Below, piece after piece: positions 22,518-34,832 of a DNA stretch of 64,000 bases; the first letter of the stretch is position 1; every line of letters starts with the position of its first letter. The notes beneath the pieces are model-generated. The model ran no database searches, was not told the origin of the DNA, and worked only from the letters and a program-made list of their open reading frames with translations. The position numbers and the translations under genes were made by a program. Where the stretch lies: positions 124,001 through 188,000 of the forward strand of contig JAANOX010000026.1 in the NCBI GenBank assembly GCA_020184695.1. The letters run 5' to 3'. Source of the DNA: Histomonas meleagridis 2922-C6/04-290x. Taxonomy: Eukaryota; Protista; Parabasalia.

Positions 22518-25019
22518 TTAACGAATATTCAATAATATTTCTCTTGTTTCTCTCGCATCTTCACTTACAGATTCATCATCTGATTCTATTGCATCTTTCA
22601 GTACTTTTTGTATTGATTTAGAGTTTAATTTGCTCATTACGATTCTTCCATAGCAACTTGCCATGCTTTTCAATAGTTTACAGAACGAATGTAACGTATT
22701 TCTATCGAAGCACTTTTCATCTGTAAACCTTTTAATTAACCGAAGGAAATCGTTTAGAGCCAAACCACAGAATTGTTTATCGTCTAATGAAACACCAATA
22801 ATTGTATCCATTCCTAAAAGCATTGCCTCGAAATATTTAAGGTTGTCATCTACGTTTAATGAGATTGAGTTCTTTAAAAGTTGGAAATATATATTTCTCG
22901 GCTCAACTTCAATATATTCCTTTGGCAGATGAAATATAATGTCTGACAATCCCTGAATTACATTTAATAAAACATCATTTTGTACATTTACATCGTGTGA
23001 TATTTCGATTAATAATCTAAAGACAGGTTGGAAATATTGAATAATATTTCCTTTAAACTCAGTAAATAAAAATGTCAAAGTACGAATTGCGTTATTAATA
23101 ATTTGTGGGTTTCCAGACTTAATCATTTCGAACAATATTATCATTAATTGCTCGATATAAGGCATACTCTTTTCTTTGGTTGCGATAATTAATGAAGATA
23201 TAGTTGAAAGACATTCTTCATATAAAACAGATTTACCACTTTTAATTATGTTTATAATAATCTCTAATATATTAACACCTTGTTGAAACTCATAAACATG
23301 TAAATCATTATAACGATTTGCTATAGCTGCGATCACATCCAAAATCGAATTATGAATTTCATAAGAAATCGAATTGTTATTTAACAATGGAATAATTATA
23401 TTAATTAAATGATCAAATATTCCTAATGATTGAGTTGGTGTATAAGATAATAAAAACGCTAATGATGTAAAACTTGAAGAAGCTATACATGTATTAAATG
23501 CATCATTTCTTTGTAATAAATCAAATAAACATTTCGTTAATGGTTGGAACAATGTTAATACAAATGAATCAATGTAATTACTTTGTACCATTGTATTAAT
23601 TATATCACAAAACGTTGATATTATTAATGGGTTTCTATTTTTAATCACTTCGAATAAATTAATTACATTCATAAATTCTTCTGGTTTTCCAATTAATAAA
23701 TGTAAATGTTTTATACATTGTTGTATTAATATTAACCCTAATGTACATATAATATCATTTTGATTTATCGCGTATTGAAAGATTTGTGGTATTAATGATT
23801 CAACAAATTCATATAATTCATTTCCATAATTTTCATGTATAATTGACTTTAATGATATCAAAAAAGTCGAATGATCTTTCCAATTCTGTGATTTTATAAT
23901 TTTTTCCATTAATTGACGTGTTTGCTCAAGTATTATATCTGGTGATGCATAAGAAAATGATGTATAACATCTTGATGCCATTGTATATAATTCATTTTCA
24001 TCAAATGTCGGTATTTCTTCCGGAATTGTATTCATTATTTGATATAAAATTGGTGTTAATGTTTGCGATGCAATTTCTATTATTCCGCGGAATTCATTTC
24101 CATTGTTTCGATGTATGGAATGTTCAAAATATGCTGCTTCGCCCCAAAATAAAATTGCTTGCATTTGTTGATTAATGTTTCCATGTAAAAGTATTGAGCG
24201 AGTGATCGAAAATATATATTCAATATATTCATCAATAAATGTAGTGTAAATATTTCGAAAGATTATTGAAAGAGAATTAATAAGAGATGTAAATATTGTT
24301 TGATTCTCTGTTAAAATACGGATTTCTATAAGATGAAGTATCAATGAAACTTGTTCTTTCGTACTTGTTAATTCAGGTAATGTGTAAATTAATGTGGAAA
24401 AACATTTGGACACTTCTTCAGCTAAGGATATGTTGACCATATTGTTGGAAAATATTTGGCAAATATGTCCAAATAAATCAAATAGAATTTGAGTGATTTC
24501 ATTTGTTGGAAATCCGCTAATAAGAACTTGTGAAATGGTATTAAATGCTCCACAATGGGCTTCAATCGTATACTTGTCTGAAATGGCAAGCTCTAAAAGT
24601 GAAGGAAATATGGATATCCAATTTGGCCCTTCGATTTGTAACAAAAGATCAATACAATGTGCAGATTGTTGGCGAATGGATTGATCTTGGAACATAATAC
24701 CACGAAAAACACCAGACTTCAATTTTTCACGCTCTTCATTATAAAGTGGATCAAAAAGAGAATTCCGAATGATTTCTATAGGTACACTTATTGACGGTGT
24801 AAGAACCCTCCCTATAAAAGTAACTGCTGCACGAATTATGTTATTACTAACATCATCTGATAAAAGCAATGTTGATGCCATCGATAAAAAATGTCTGGGA
24901 TTTGATATTAAAAGTTCTGAAATCATTTTTTCGGATGGGATACGTATGTTAGGATCTGGGTTTGATATGTTAGCTAAAAAGATTTTGAGTTTCTCTAAAT
25001 CACTACTCATGTGATACAA
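22518..25019 (-). CDS. Importin-beta/karyopherin-like HEAT-repeat protein
   Basis: N-terminal NPDPNIRIPSE (IBN_N-like), W...FPSL, QAILFWGEAA; HEAT-like helical repeats over 833 aa. Confidence 0.75.
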   Translation of the reverse strand: MYHMSSDLEKLKIFLANISNPDPNIRIPSEKMISELLISNPRHFLSMASTLLLSDDVSNNIIRAAVTFIGRVLTPSISVPIEIIRNSLFDPLYNEEREKLKSGVFRGIMFQDQSIRQQSAHCIDLLLQIEGPNWISIFPSLLELAISDKYTIEAHCGAFNTISQVLISGFPTNEITQILFDLFGHICQIFSNNMVNISLAEEVSKCFSTLIYTLPELTSTKEQVSLILHLIEIRILTENQTIFTSLINSLSIIFRNIYTTFIDEYIEYIFSITRSILLHGNINQQMQAILFWGEAAYFEHSIHRNNGNEFRGIIEIASQTLTPILYQIMNTIPEEIPTFDENELYTMASRCYTSFSYASPDIILEQTRQLMEKIIKSQNWKDHSTFLISLKSIIHENYGNELYEFVESLIPQIFQYAINQNDIICTLGLILIQQCIKHLHLLIGKPEEFMNVINLFEVIKNRNPLIISTFCDIINTMVQSNYIDSFVLTLFQPLTKCLFDLLQRNDAFNTCIASSSFTSLAFLLSYTPTQSLGIFDHLINIIIPLLNNNSISYEIHNSILDVIAAIANRYNDLHVYEFQQGVNILEIIINIIKSGKSVLYEECLSTISSLIIATKEKSMPYIEQLMIILFEMIKSGNPQIINNAIRTLTFLFTEFKGNIIQYFQPVFRLLIEISHDVNVQNDVLLNVIQGLSDIIFHLPKEYIEVEPRNIYFQLLKNSISLNVDDNLKYFEAMLLGMDTIIGVSLDDKQFCGLALNDFLRLIKRFTDEKCFDRNTLHSFCKLLKSMASCYGRIVMSKLNSKSIQKVLKDAIESDDESVSEDARETREILLNIR

Positions 25020-25604
25020 AACCTTTGCCGGTTAAATGTGACATTTTACAAAAAGTGTATTTTATAAAAGATCTTTATCAATATTAAAAATATTTATTTA
25101 AATCAAATTTAGATTACTAAACAATTTTTTTATATTATTACAAAACTATGATAATTAAATTGATTATGAAAAAAGTTATTCGTTTTCCATATTTCACTTC
25201 TTCAAGATCAAGTTCCTAAAAGTATGCATTATATTTCAAAGCGATTTTTTTAAAGCTATTAAGATAGCTAATCACTTACATTAAGTTTTATCAAGTAATG
25301 AGGAAATTATATGCAAAAATTATTTTTATGTTTAATATTAATATTAATTGTTATACATAGACTTAAAAAAATCAAAGAATTTATTTTATTCATTATAGAT
25401 AAGTTTATATGTGTTAATATTTATAATAATAAAAACAATTAAATGATGGAAAAAGTTCCTGAATTTTCACAAAATTTACGATTGCATCCTTAAATTGATT
25501 ACTTATGACATTTATCTTAATCAACAATAACAATCTAAATTGAATTTTAAAAGATTTTGTTTTTTGCAAAGGATTGTTCATTTTTTTTATTCATATGTTG
25601 AAGT

Positions 25605-26918
25605 TTGTCTTTTTTTTTTATCATTATCATACCTACAAAACATGTTTGTTCTATTGTAATAAAAATAGCAAATATTGGAAAAGTTATGAGTTTACAATTG
25701 CAAAACAAAGATATTGAAGAGTTAGTTTTTGCCACAAATGTTAAAATTATAGGAAGATATGCTTTTATAGGATGGGAATTCTTAAAAAAAGTTTATTTTC
25801 GAAATTATACCGAACTAATTGAAGAGGGTTCTTTTAAAAATTGTATTAATTTGGAATTTGTTGAATTTGGAGCGAGTATTAATAGAATTGAAAATATGGC
25901 ATTCGAAAATTGCTTTGCTTTAAAAGAAATAATACTTCCTGATTCATTAAATTATATAGGAAGTTATTCATTTAAAGCGTGTTCAAGTGCCCAATCACTT
26001 TATTTAGGAAATAATTTAAATAAAATATCTATTGGTGCCTTTGGATATTGTTATTCAATTCTAGCTATTGTTGTTCCAAGGTCAGTAGAAATATTTATGG
26101 ATTCTGTTTTCGTAAGATGTGTAAATCTTAAATATATTAGTTTTGAAGAAGGATGTCAAATTCGTGAATTTCATCCTTATACATTTAGTGAATGTATGTC
26201 TCTAGAAGAGTTTATATTTCCTAGATATGTGGTAGAAATTGGACATTCATGCTTTGAATTTTGTTATAAATTAGAAAGAATTGTATTCAATAATTTATTA
26301 GAAATAATAACCCCAGAAGCATTTTATAACTGCACATCATTATTAAATTTCGAAATTCCTGAAGATAATCACTATTTTTCTACCTTTAATAATGATGGGA
26401 TTCTATATGATAAAGGTATCATATCATTAAAGCATTTCCCAAAAGGAAAAATGATTGAAACTTATATTATTCCAGACACCATAAGATATATTTGTAGTTA
26501 TGCACTTTCATATTGTATAAATATAAAATTAATACTCTTTAACAATAATTTATTAGAAATTAGAACACATTCTTTTGAAGGATGTATAGGCTTAACAATA
26601 GTCTACTTGCCAAATTCTTTAAAGTTAATTGCTGTTAGAGCTTTCAAAAATTGCATAAATTTAAACAAAATATTTCTTGGAAAAAATATAAAAGCTATTG
26701 AAAAATTTGCATTTGATTTTTGTCATCGACTTTCATGTGTTTATTATTTTGGAACTAAAAAAATAGTATTAAGTCCTTATTCTTTTATAAATAGTGGAGT
26801 TAATGTGATCATAACAACTACTAAATTTAGATATTTAACTATGGGCAATCTTCCAGTTTTTAAGGCCAATGAACCCATTGGTGAATGTCCTCCAATTTCA
26901 TTATATACAAATGACTAA
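25605..26918 (+). CDS. BspA-like (TpLRR) leucine-rich repeat protein
   Basis: Repeated IxxxAFxxCxxLxxIxlPxxl units. Start may be ATG 25686. Confidence 0.9.
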   Translation: MSFFFIIIIPTKHVCSIVIKIANIGKVMSLQLQNKDIEELVFATNVKIIGRYAFIGWEFLKKVYFRNYTELIEEGSFKNCINLEFVEFGASINRIENMAFENCFALKEIILPDSLNYIGSYSFKACSSAQSLYLGNNLNKISIGAFGYCYSILAIVVPRSVEIFMDSVFVRCVNLKYISFEEGCQIREFHPYTFSECMSLEEFIFPRYVVEIGHSCFEFCYKLERIVFNNLLEIITPEAFYNCTSLLNFEIPEDNHYFSTFNNDGILYDKGIISLKHFPKGKMIETYIIPDTIRYICSYALSYCINIKLILFNNNLLEIRTHSFEGCIGLTIVYLPNSLKLIAVRAFKNCINLNKIFLGKNIKAIEKFAFDFCHRLSCVYYFGTKKIVLSPYSFINSGVNVIITTTKFRYLTMGNLPVFKANEPIGECPPISLYTND

Positions 26919-27066
26919 CGCCAACTCCCCCATAATTATATCTTTTTTTTCTAATGCTCACTGAGTAAAAATTCATTTTCCAAAGACTTTATTTAAATGA
27001 TCAATTTAAAGGATTATAATAAAAAATTACACATTTTTAATAAAGACAAATTTGAACAAAATGATT

Positions 27067-27705
27067 TTATTCCGGATTCAAATCAATGAGATTATCTTCA
27101 TCTTCGAGATGATCATCATTTTTCTGAGGTGGAGGAGTTTGTTGTTGTGGCTCTTGCTGCTGATTTTGTTGGTGATGACGCGCATATGCTTGTGGATAGC
27201 TTGGCGGTTGTGGAGATTGATTCTGAGGAGGACGAACATAATCACTAAGACCTTCAGGTACATCCCAAGATGGAGTCACAAGAAGCGGACCCATTGGCGC
27301 AGCGAATGGAATTGCTCCAGTGTCGCTTATGTGGACATCAAGATATACCATTGGTATTCCTTTTTGAGGTGTCTTTGTAAGCATCGGAAATGCAAATCGT
27401 ACCATACAGTTTACCGAAAACCAAGTCAAAGGAATAGTTACTCTTGAGCATTCTTTCAATAAATAATTTTGTTCAACATCTGAAATTGTAACACAAATAA
27501 ATGAATCACGAGGATCTGCAAAACGAAAACTCCACGAAGTGGTTGTAACTAAAATCTCTGTTCCAGAAACATCTGTTGTAGCTCCATCAGCAATTGGGAG
27601 TAATTGTACTGTCACCTTTTTTGGACCTTTTGATTCATTACCTCCAGGGAAAGTAATTTGACCAATTCTGATGTGTACAAATCGCGGAGAGTTTAAGTTC
27701 ATCAT
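27067..27705 (-). CDS. C2-like N-terminal domain protein with Pro/Gln-rich tail
   Basis: Beta-rich N-terminal ~140 aa followed by a PPQNQSPQPPSYPQ/QQQ low-complexity tail. Confidence 0.5.
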   Translation of the reverse strand: MMNLNSPRFVHIRIGQITFPGGNESKGPKKVTVQLLPIADGATTDVSGTEILVTTTSWSFRFADPRDSFICVTISDVEQNYLLKECSRVTIPLTWFSVNCMVRFAFPMLTKTPQKGIPMVYLDVHISDTGAIPFAAPMGPLLVTPSWDVPEGLSDYVRPPQNQSPQPPSYPQAYARHHQQNQQQEPQQQTPPPQKNDDHLEDEDNLIDLNPE

Positions 27706-28106
27706 TTTTCAAAAATACAAAATCCAATCCCAACGGTTTTAACTTCAATTCAAAATTGAACACGATTCAATATTTATGTAAAATATGATCGGTCACCGAA
27801 AATTCCGTTAATTTGATTCAACAAATTCGTAATCATTAAACGCGTCCATTTTAGTTCTCATTAGAATCAGTTAAAAAATGCTCTTTGGGATGAAATATAT
27901 TGAGAATAAATTTAACAATAATAATACAAGAAAAATGATATTCTTTGAGAAATTTCAGATGTTTGTTAGTAACGATACCAATTTTTGAAAACCGAAATTG
28001 AATAACTTATTCACAAAGTGTCAGCGAAATCGAATTTGTGATCGTTTTCAACAGAAACATCATTCAAAAATTCGGAATTTCTATTAACAAAATTTATATT
28101 TTATTT

Positions 28107-29690
28107 TTATTTACTTAACATTGAACAATAATTATTTAATTGTGATATAATATAATTTGCCCTTTCCATTACGTTCTCGTTGCTCACCTCTATTAAGTCA
28201 TCCAGCCTTTTGTTCAGTTCCTCATCGATGAACAATTGCATCATTTCGTACTTTTGCGACATGAATATTACTCTAATGAAGTCGATTATCGCGTCCAAAC
28301 ATCTCATTGTCACATTGAAGCATCCGCAGTCAAGTAGCTCGACCAAAAGTCCGACAAGTTCCGGTGTTATAAGAGAAAATGTTATTGCGTCAGATGAGAA
28401 CACAATTAAAGTTGCCAACAAAAATGTTATTTCCTTCTTGATATCAAATGTGCATTCGTTTGATAATGCGATTAATTGTTGTATGAAAGTTGGGTTAAAC
28501 ATTGGTATGATCGCATCTGGGACTGATTCTAATAAGTTAGAGATGATCCAGAGTGTGTCTGAGACATATGTAGTGTGAAATAAGTTTATAAGTTTCGGTA
28601 AAAGTCCAAATGATAACATTTGCTTAATTTGTTGCGGCTGTGAGACGCTCATGTTGCCCGCAAGCTTTAACGCGGGGCCTTGGACTTCGGGGTCATCAAG
28701 AAGTGATATGATGTGCTCAACTATGCCATGTTCAAAAAATGAGAATATCAATGATGGAACTTTGTTGGTGATTTCGACAAGACATTGGATAACTTGGATC
28801 ACAGCAGATTTGGTTGGAAGGCCTAAAAGTTCAATGATGGAATCAATACATGATTTGAGAATTGTAGAATCGGCTTCTCCGTCAAATGAAAAGATTATCC
28901 GTAAACACTCGCATGCAGCTGTGGTGATGGGAATACTAATTTGACTTTTGGCAATTTCGATTAATTGTGAATGAAGACCGATGCATAAAATGGCATCTTG
29001 GGCATAATGTGATGATGCACTGATGGAGCGAATGAGGTTTAAAGATGATTCAATGATGCTGATGTTGCGTGAATCCAAAAAATCTAATAAATAAAAACAG
29101 ATTCCATCATTAACAATTTCTTCTTGAAGACCCCCACAAAGAGGAAATACACAGGATAATGCATTGATGAGTAAAGAAAGGATATCTTGTGAAATAAAAT
29201 CGAGCGTTAAAGAATTTGTTAATACATGAATAAATTCTTCGCTTTTAAGAATGTGCCGAAGTGGACATGGCTTCTGTGTTGAAAAATGGATAAGTGATTT
29301 GGCAAAATTTTCAATTCCTTTTGTATCAGTTGAACTTAAAATTTCGATTGCTGCTGGTATATCGACACGTGTCTTTTCAAAATCTTCCAATTCTTTAGCG
29401 AGGTTACCAAATGAAGAACTGTGACTCATTATATGGACTTGATTTGGAAAAAAAATTTTGCGTAATTTCATTGTTCTTTCTGATCTTTCCTTTGACAGCT
29501 TTTCATTGTAATTGTTTAGGTCAGCGCCACTATTTCTTAAAGATGAAAATGAATCCAAATTGCTTGAGCAATCAACACTAAAAGGTGCAAACCTCGGGCT
29601 GGCTTTGCTGCTCAATTGGAAAAATGGTCGTTTTTCAAAAAAAAGATATTTGTGAGAATAACCATCCTTCCACACAATATTTGAATACAT
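28107..29690 (-). CDS. Importin-alpha-like armadillo-repeat protein
   Basis: Basic IBB-like segment (RSERTMKLRK); ARM repeats (LWIISNLL, IKKEITFLLATL). Confidence 0.72.
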   Translation of the reverse strand: MYSNIVWKDGYSHKYLFFEKRPFFQLSSKASPRFAPFSVDCSSNLDSFSSLRNSGADLNNYNEKLSKERSERTMKLRKIFFPNQVHIMSHSSSFGNLAKELEDFEKTRVDIPAAIEILSSTDTKGIENFAKSLIHFSTQKPCPLRHILKSEEFIHVLTNSLTLDFISQDILSLLINALSCVFPLCGGLQEEIVNDGICFYLLDFLDSRNISIIESSLNLIRSISASSHYAQDAILCIGLHSQLIEIAKSQISIPITTAACECLRIIFSFDGEADSTILKSCIDSIIELLGLPTKSAVIQVIQCLVEITNKVPSLIFSFFEHGIVEHIISLLDDPEVQGPALKLAGNMSVSQPQQIKQMLSFGLLPKLINLFHTTYVSDTLWIISNLLESVPDAIIPMFNPTFIQQLIALSNECTFDIKKEITFLLATLIVFSSDAITFSLITPELVGLLVELLDCGCFNVTMRCLDAIIDFIRVIFMSQKYEMMQLFIDEELNKRLDDLIEVSNENVMERANYIISQLNNYCSMLSK

Positions 29691-29927
29691 GAAATCGGTT
29701 TATCTATCAAAAAGACGCAGGACTCTTCACGATGAAAAATCTTATCTCGATAAAATCACGTTGATTTCTATCTTTCATCTGATAAAAATACCAAACTTAA
29801 GCATGTTTTTGCTACATAAGAAAAAATTTAAATGATTGTATAAACAGAGACGCTCGGGAAACGCAGAAATGTCACTTTTTTGGAAAAAACGTTAGAAAGC
29901 GATGGCTTCTCCTTTTTCGTTTTAAGA

Positions 29928-31214
29928 ATGCTGAGGTATTTCGCAAAAGCTGCAAATGTTCCTCGCACACATATCTCAATTGTAGGATTTATGAATGCAG
30001 GTAAATCATCATTAATGAATGCTATTACACAACAACCTACATCAATCGTTGATAATACACCAGGAACTACAGCAGATACTAAAATTGCATTAATGGAAAT
30101 TCATAAAATAGGACCTTGCAAGCTTCTTGATACAGCAGGTGTTGATGAGACTGGTGCTCTTGGTAAGAAGAAACTTCAAAAAACATTAAGTGCAGTCAAA
30201 GAAAGTGATGTAGTGCTTTTTACAATCGACCCAGATAGCTTTTCTGTTGAACCATTAAAGCCTGTTCTTGAATTATCACAACGTCGTGGGAAAACATCAG
30301 CTTTAATTTTCAATCAAATCAATAAAGATAACAAAGAATTTGACAAAAAGAAAGCAAAGATAGAACAAGAAATTTATGCGGTTACAAAAACTAAGCTACC
30401 ATCTCTAGTTATCAATGCACAAGATTCTAAACAAACAAATTCCAAAGTTATTCCATTCATTGCTAATCTTAAGAAACAAGCTCCTGTTATTCCTCTTGTT
30501 CCATCCAAGTTCATTGGTAAAGATAAAATAATTATGATGAATGTTCCTCTTGACATTGAGTCACCAACAGGCCGGCTCTTGCGCCCTCAAACTATGCTTC
30601 TAGAGTATTCATTACGTCATACATCGTCCGTATTAGTGTACAATATGGATCTAAAAACTGCTCGAAGCGACAAATCAAATTCAGAGAATAACCGTTTTAA
30701 CGATCAAATCAAAAAAGTGACACCTTCTTTATTAGTTACAGATTCACAAGCAATAGATATCATTCATAAATGGACTCCATTAAATATCCCAATCACAACT
30801 TTTTCGGTAATGATGGCTAATATTCAAAGTGGTGGAAAACTTAAAACATTCATTAAAGGAATTGAAGCATTGGGTAAATTAAAACCTGGAGATAAAGTAC
30901 TAATATGTGAAGCATGTAATCATGATAGAATTGGAGATGATATTGGTACAGTGCAATTACCAACAAAATTAAAGAAAAAGTTTCCATTTATAAAAATTGA
31001 TTGGGCATTTGGAAGAAGTTACGAAAATAAGAAACTTAGCGACTATGCAGTGGCATTACATTGTGGTGGTTGTATGATTAGTACACAACAAATGATTTCA
31101 AGAATACAAGACCTACAAGAAACTGGCGTTCCTGTAGCAAATTATGGATTGGCGTTATCATGGCTAGCAAGCCCTGTCGCAATGGAAAGGGTGTTAAAAC
31201 CATGGAATGAATAA
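29928..31214 (+). CDS. hydF: [FeFe]-hydrogenase maturation GTPase HydF, probably hydrogenosomal
   Basis: GFMNAGKSS, GTTAD, DTAG, CNHDRIGDDIG and HCGGCM cluster-binding motifs; short ML-starting presequence at ATG 29928. Confidence 0.93.
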   Translation: MLRYFAKAANVPRTHISIVGFMNAGKSSLMNAITQQPTSIVDNTPGTTADTKIALMEIHKIGPCKLLDTAGVDETGALGKKKLQKTLSAVKESDVVLFTIDPDSFSVEPLKPVLELSQRRGKTSALIFNQINKDNKEFDKKKAKIEQEIYAVTKTKLPSLVINAQDSKQTNSKVIPFIANLKKQAPVIPLVPSKFIGKDKIIMMNVPLDIESPTGRLLRPQTMLLEYSLRHTSSVLVYNMDLKTARSDKSNSENNRFNDQIKKVTPSLLVTDSQAIDIIHKWTPLNIPITTFSVMMANIQSGGKLKTFIKGIEALGKLKPGDKVLICEACNHDRIGDDIGTVQLPTKLKKKFPFIKIDWAFGRSYENKKLSDYAVALHCGGCMISTQQMISRIQDLQETGVPVANYGLALSWLASPVAMERVLKPWNE

Positions 31215-33561
31215 AGATACATTTGGACGAGCAGAAACTTCCTTCAGGGTGCCCCGTTTCGTTTAAACGGGCGCAATAATGGAATAACGTTTTTCGGTGA
31301 GACAATGTGAATTTTAATTTCTGATAAAAACAGACGGTTGACACTCTAGCCGTAATTTCTTCTCAAAAATTATCATTCAATTTCATCTATCGGAGCGGCT
31401 CCCAGTTTTTCCTAGAAAATTTCCGTTATTTTTTCTGATGTTTATTCTTTACATGTATCGTAATTCAATATTGAAAACTTTATTGTTAGAAAAAGTTTCA
31501 TCTTGGAATTAAATGATTTACTTACGCACTTTTTCCTTGTTATCCTTCGCGCTTGCCATTTTTTACTATATCATGTCAACCAGCATGCTTCCATAAATAA
31601 AATGATTTGATTCATTTTTTTATCAATTTTTTTTTTCTTTTTTTCTATTCTCTTAATTTTTTTTTTATTACAATATTTTGATGTTATTTATTTCATTTTA
31701 TCTCTTATATCCATTCCCCTCTATTGTAAAAAATATTTAAAATGAAGTAATTAAAAAATATTGGAGAAATTTTAAAAAAAAATTACAATTGCAAATTACA
31801 AGATAACATCATAATATTATCAGATTATTTTTTAAATTTAAAATATGTATACTAATATTATTTATTTGATGTATAAGAATTGTATTTAAATATAGATAAT
31901 AATAAGAAACATATATTTGAAATCAGATTTCTCATGTTCCAACTTTTTAGGTCTTTTCTATGTTTTTTGATCGTATTTTCTTGTTATAGATATTTTTATC
32001 TCCAAATCAAATAATAATTTACAAAAATAATATGATAGCATCAATTGGAATTATTATGTCGTTTATTATATTTTGAAATCAATTTTCATGATTTTTTAAG
32101 TTATAAAATGAACAGAACTCAATATTAATTGAATATATATCAAAATTAATAGAAAATTTAAATATATTATATATTTATCAATAATGTGATATAGAGATTT
32201 ATCAGCCTTTTAATTTGAAGTGAAATTGATTATCTATCATAAAAAAATTTAAATTAAAATAATTTAGTATTTAACAAAGAGCATTCATAATTATAAATAT
32301 TTTTTGATTCACAGATTAAAATTATCAATGTGTATCGATTTATTAACAAAACAATATTTTTCCAGTGGCGACCGTTTGGAGTACAACCTTAAATTACTTT
32401 TTGAACAATAATAAGTTGATATTACAGGTTAAGATCGATGTTTATTATAAAATGGGTTTAACTATTTTAAAGAAAAAGTGATTGAATATCAAAAATAAAG
32501 CAAAAATATTTTTTAAAATTGCTAAATATTCATGAATTAAATAGCTATTTAATTATATATTGTAATATTATATTCAGAATTTAAAGAGAGAAAAAAATTC
32601 GAAAAATTGATTATTCATAAATTCAAGCCTTTTCTTCCTGCTCATAGGATATTGACCTAAATTATTAGTCAGATATTAACTTCAATCATTTCTATTATTT
32701 TGTTTTCATTATTTTTGATTTTGTGCGTAATCTGTATTTGATATATTAATGATTTTTCAATTAAAAATATTATCTTATTAAAGATTGTTTTCTCAAAGTT
32801 AATGAAAAAAGACATGTAAATAATATCATTAATTAATATTAAAATCAAATCAATTTATTTTCTTTATCCAATAATAATTTTAGAAAAAATATTAGTTTGA
32901 TGGAGGAAACTCTTTTTGAGCTTTGCTCAAAAAGTGGCATTACTTGTAAATTTTAAAAATAGAAATAAAATTTTTAATGCTTAATATTTCATCAAAATTA
33001 GGAATTATATGAAATTAATAGTCATTTATGTCTTTTCTTACATAATTTATTACAGTTTGGTATGAAAATTATAAATTATTGACTTTTAATTTTTGGATTT
33101 TTTGGAATTTTAAAAAAATTATTTTTTCGACGGTTGTCATTACATCACAATAAAAAAGTGGGAAATTGTGGCAATAACCGCCAAAAAAGGGGAACAAAAG
33201 AGGAACAGTTGGCACACTCCCCCCATTATACATAACTTTCCAAATGATATTATACAAATTTGTATAATATGTTATATTTTTAATTGTAATTCATTCTTTA
33301 ATTATTTTTTAAAAAAAGTGTTACAATGGAATTTTTTGATATAAAAATAAGTTCTTGAAATTACTAATTTTAATATAATTCTTTATTTTTAACACTTTTT
33401 TTAGTCTTATCATTTCATCTTAAAAAAAAAATAAGCTACACTATTTCGCTTTAATCCTAAAAAATCGACTTCTCAGTATAATTATTGGTTCTTAGCTCAA
33501 TAGTTGCAGGAAAAATATAGATTTTTCATATAAAAATATTTTTAATACATACAGTATAAGC

Positions 33562-34832
33562 TTATACACCTATTTTGGCACCTTTTTCACAAAGAAATTT
33601 TTTTATTTCTTTGTAACCCATCTTAATAGCAATTTCAATAGCTGTTTCAAATTATTGAAACATATTTCAAATTATTAAAACATATTCCAAATTATTAAAA
33701 TGAATATATTTTGCATTAACATCAATTCCTTTATCTAAAAGTAATTTTACTATTTCTATATTATTATTTCTTACTGATATATGAAGTGCTGTTTCAAATG
33801 ATTAAAACATATTTCAAATTATTAAAACATAAATAAAATTATTAAAACATATTAAAAATTATTCAAATGAATAGTTTTTGCATTAACATCAATTCCTTCT
33901 TTATCTAAAAGTAATTTTACTATTTCTATATTTCCTGATTTAACTGAGTATGGTAAAATTGTTTTTGGGATTTGTTGACTTTCTATATCACTTTCTATTA
34001 TGAATGTATTTCCTTTTGATGCTATTTCTTCTATAATTTCATTATTTATTTTCATTCCTTCTTTTTCTAAAAACATGAAGATTTCATAATTATGAAATTC
34101 TATACATTTTTTCCCAAGATATATTAAATTTTTTTCACTTAAATTACAATTATCTTGATTTTCGATATCAGAATTCGATTTTGTAAAAGAAGAGTTTGAT
34201 GATGAAAATTTTCCAATTTTATTTTCATAATGGTAACGAAAAATTTCATTTCGATGAAATTCTATTGCTGTTTCATATGCTTCTTTAAATGATGAATTGT
34301 TTTGTTCACATAAATGAATAATTTCTATGTTTCCACCTGCAATTGCATATTTAGATGTATATTTAATATTCGAATTATTTAATAATATATATTTAAAACA
34401 TTTAATCGAACCAAAAAATGCTGCATAATCAATTAATGAAACATTTTCAGTATTAATAAATGAACATCTTTCATAAAGTGATGGCTTAATAAATTGATTA
34501 AAGTCAAATTCATTATTTGATGATATTTCTTGAAGCTTTTCTAAATCATCATTTCGAAGTACTTTGGCAATTTCTAATGGATTAACTCCTTTGTTTACAT
34601 ATTTCATATGAAGTTTCCAATCATTTTTTGATAATTCATCAAATGCTGAGATGAACTCATCAAGGATTTGTGGTCTTGGAAATTTGTTCTTCAAATAATT
34701 TATTTCTTCTTTTGTTTTATATTGAGAAAAATTTAATGTGTTCATGTTCTTTAATGAAGATGGTTCTAGTATTTTTTCTTCGATAATCTTTTCAAGAAGG
34801 AAATATGATTCTTGCTTTTCTATTCCCAGCAA
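33562..34832 (-). CDS. DUF3447-type ankyrin gene, locus C; 2 loop inserts; 5' part degenerate or uncertain
   Basis: ORF 33852-34832 has the family motifs; inserts 33799-33872 (74 nt) and 33652-33705 (54 nt); final segment ends in TAA at 33562. Confidence 0.75.

Noticed and set aside
31600-33500. Possible non-autonomous element in the long AT-rich intergenic stretch
   Set aside because: No TIR pair, TSD or ORF could be found by eye.
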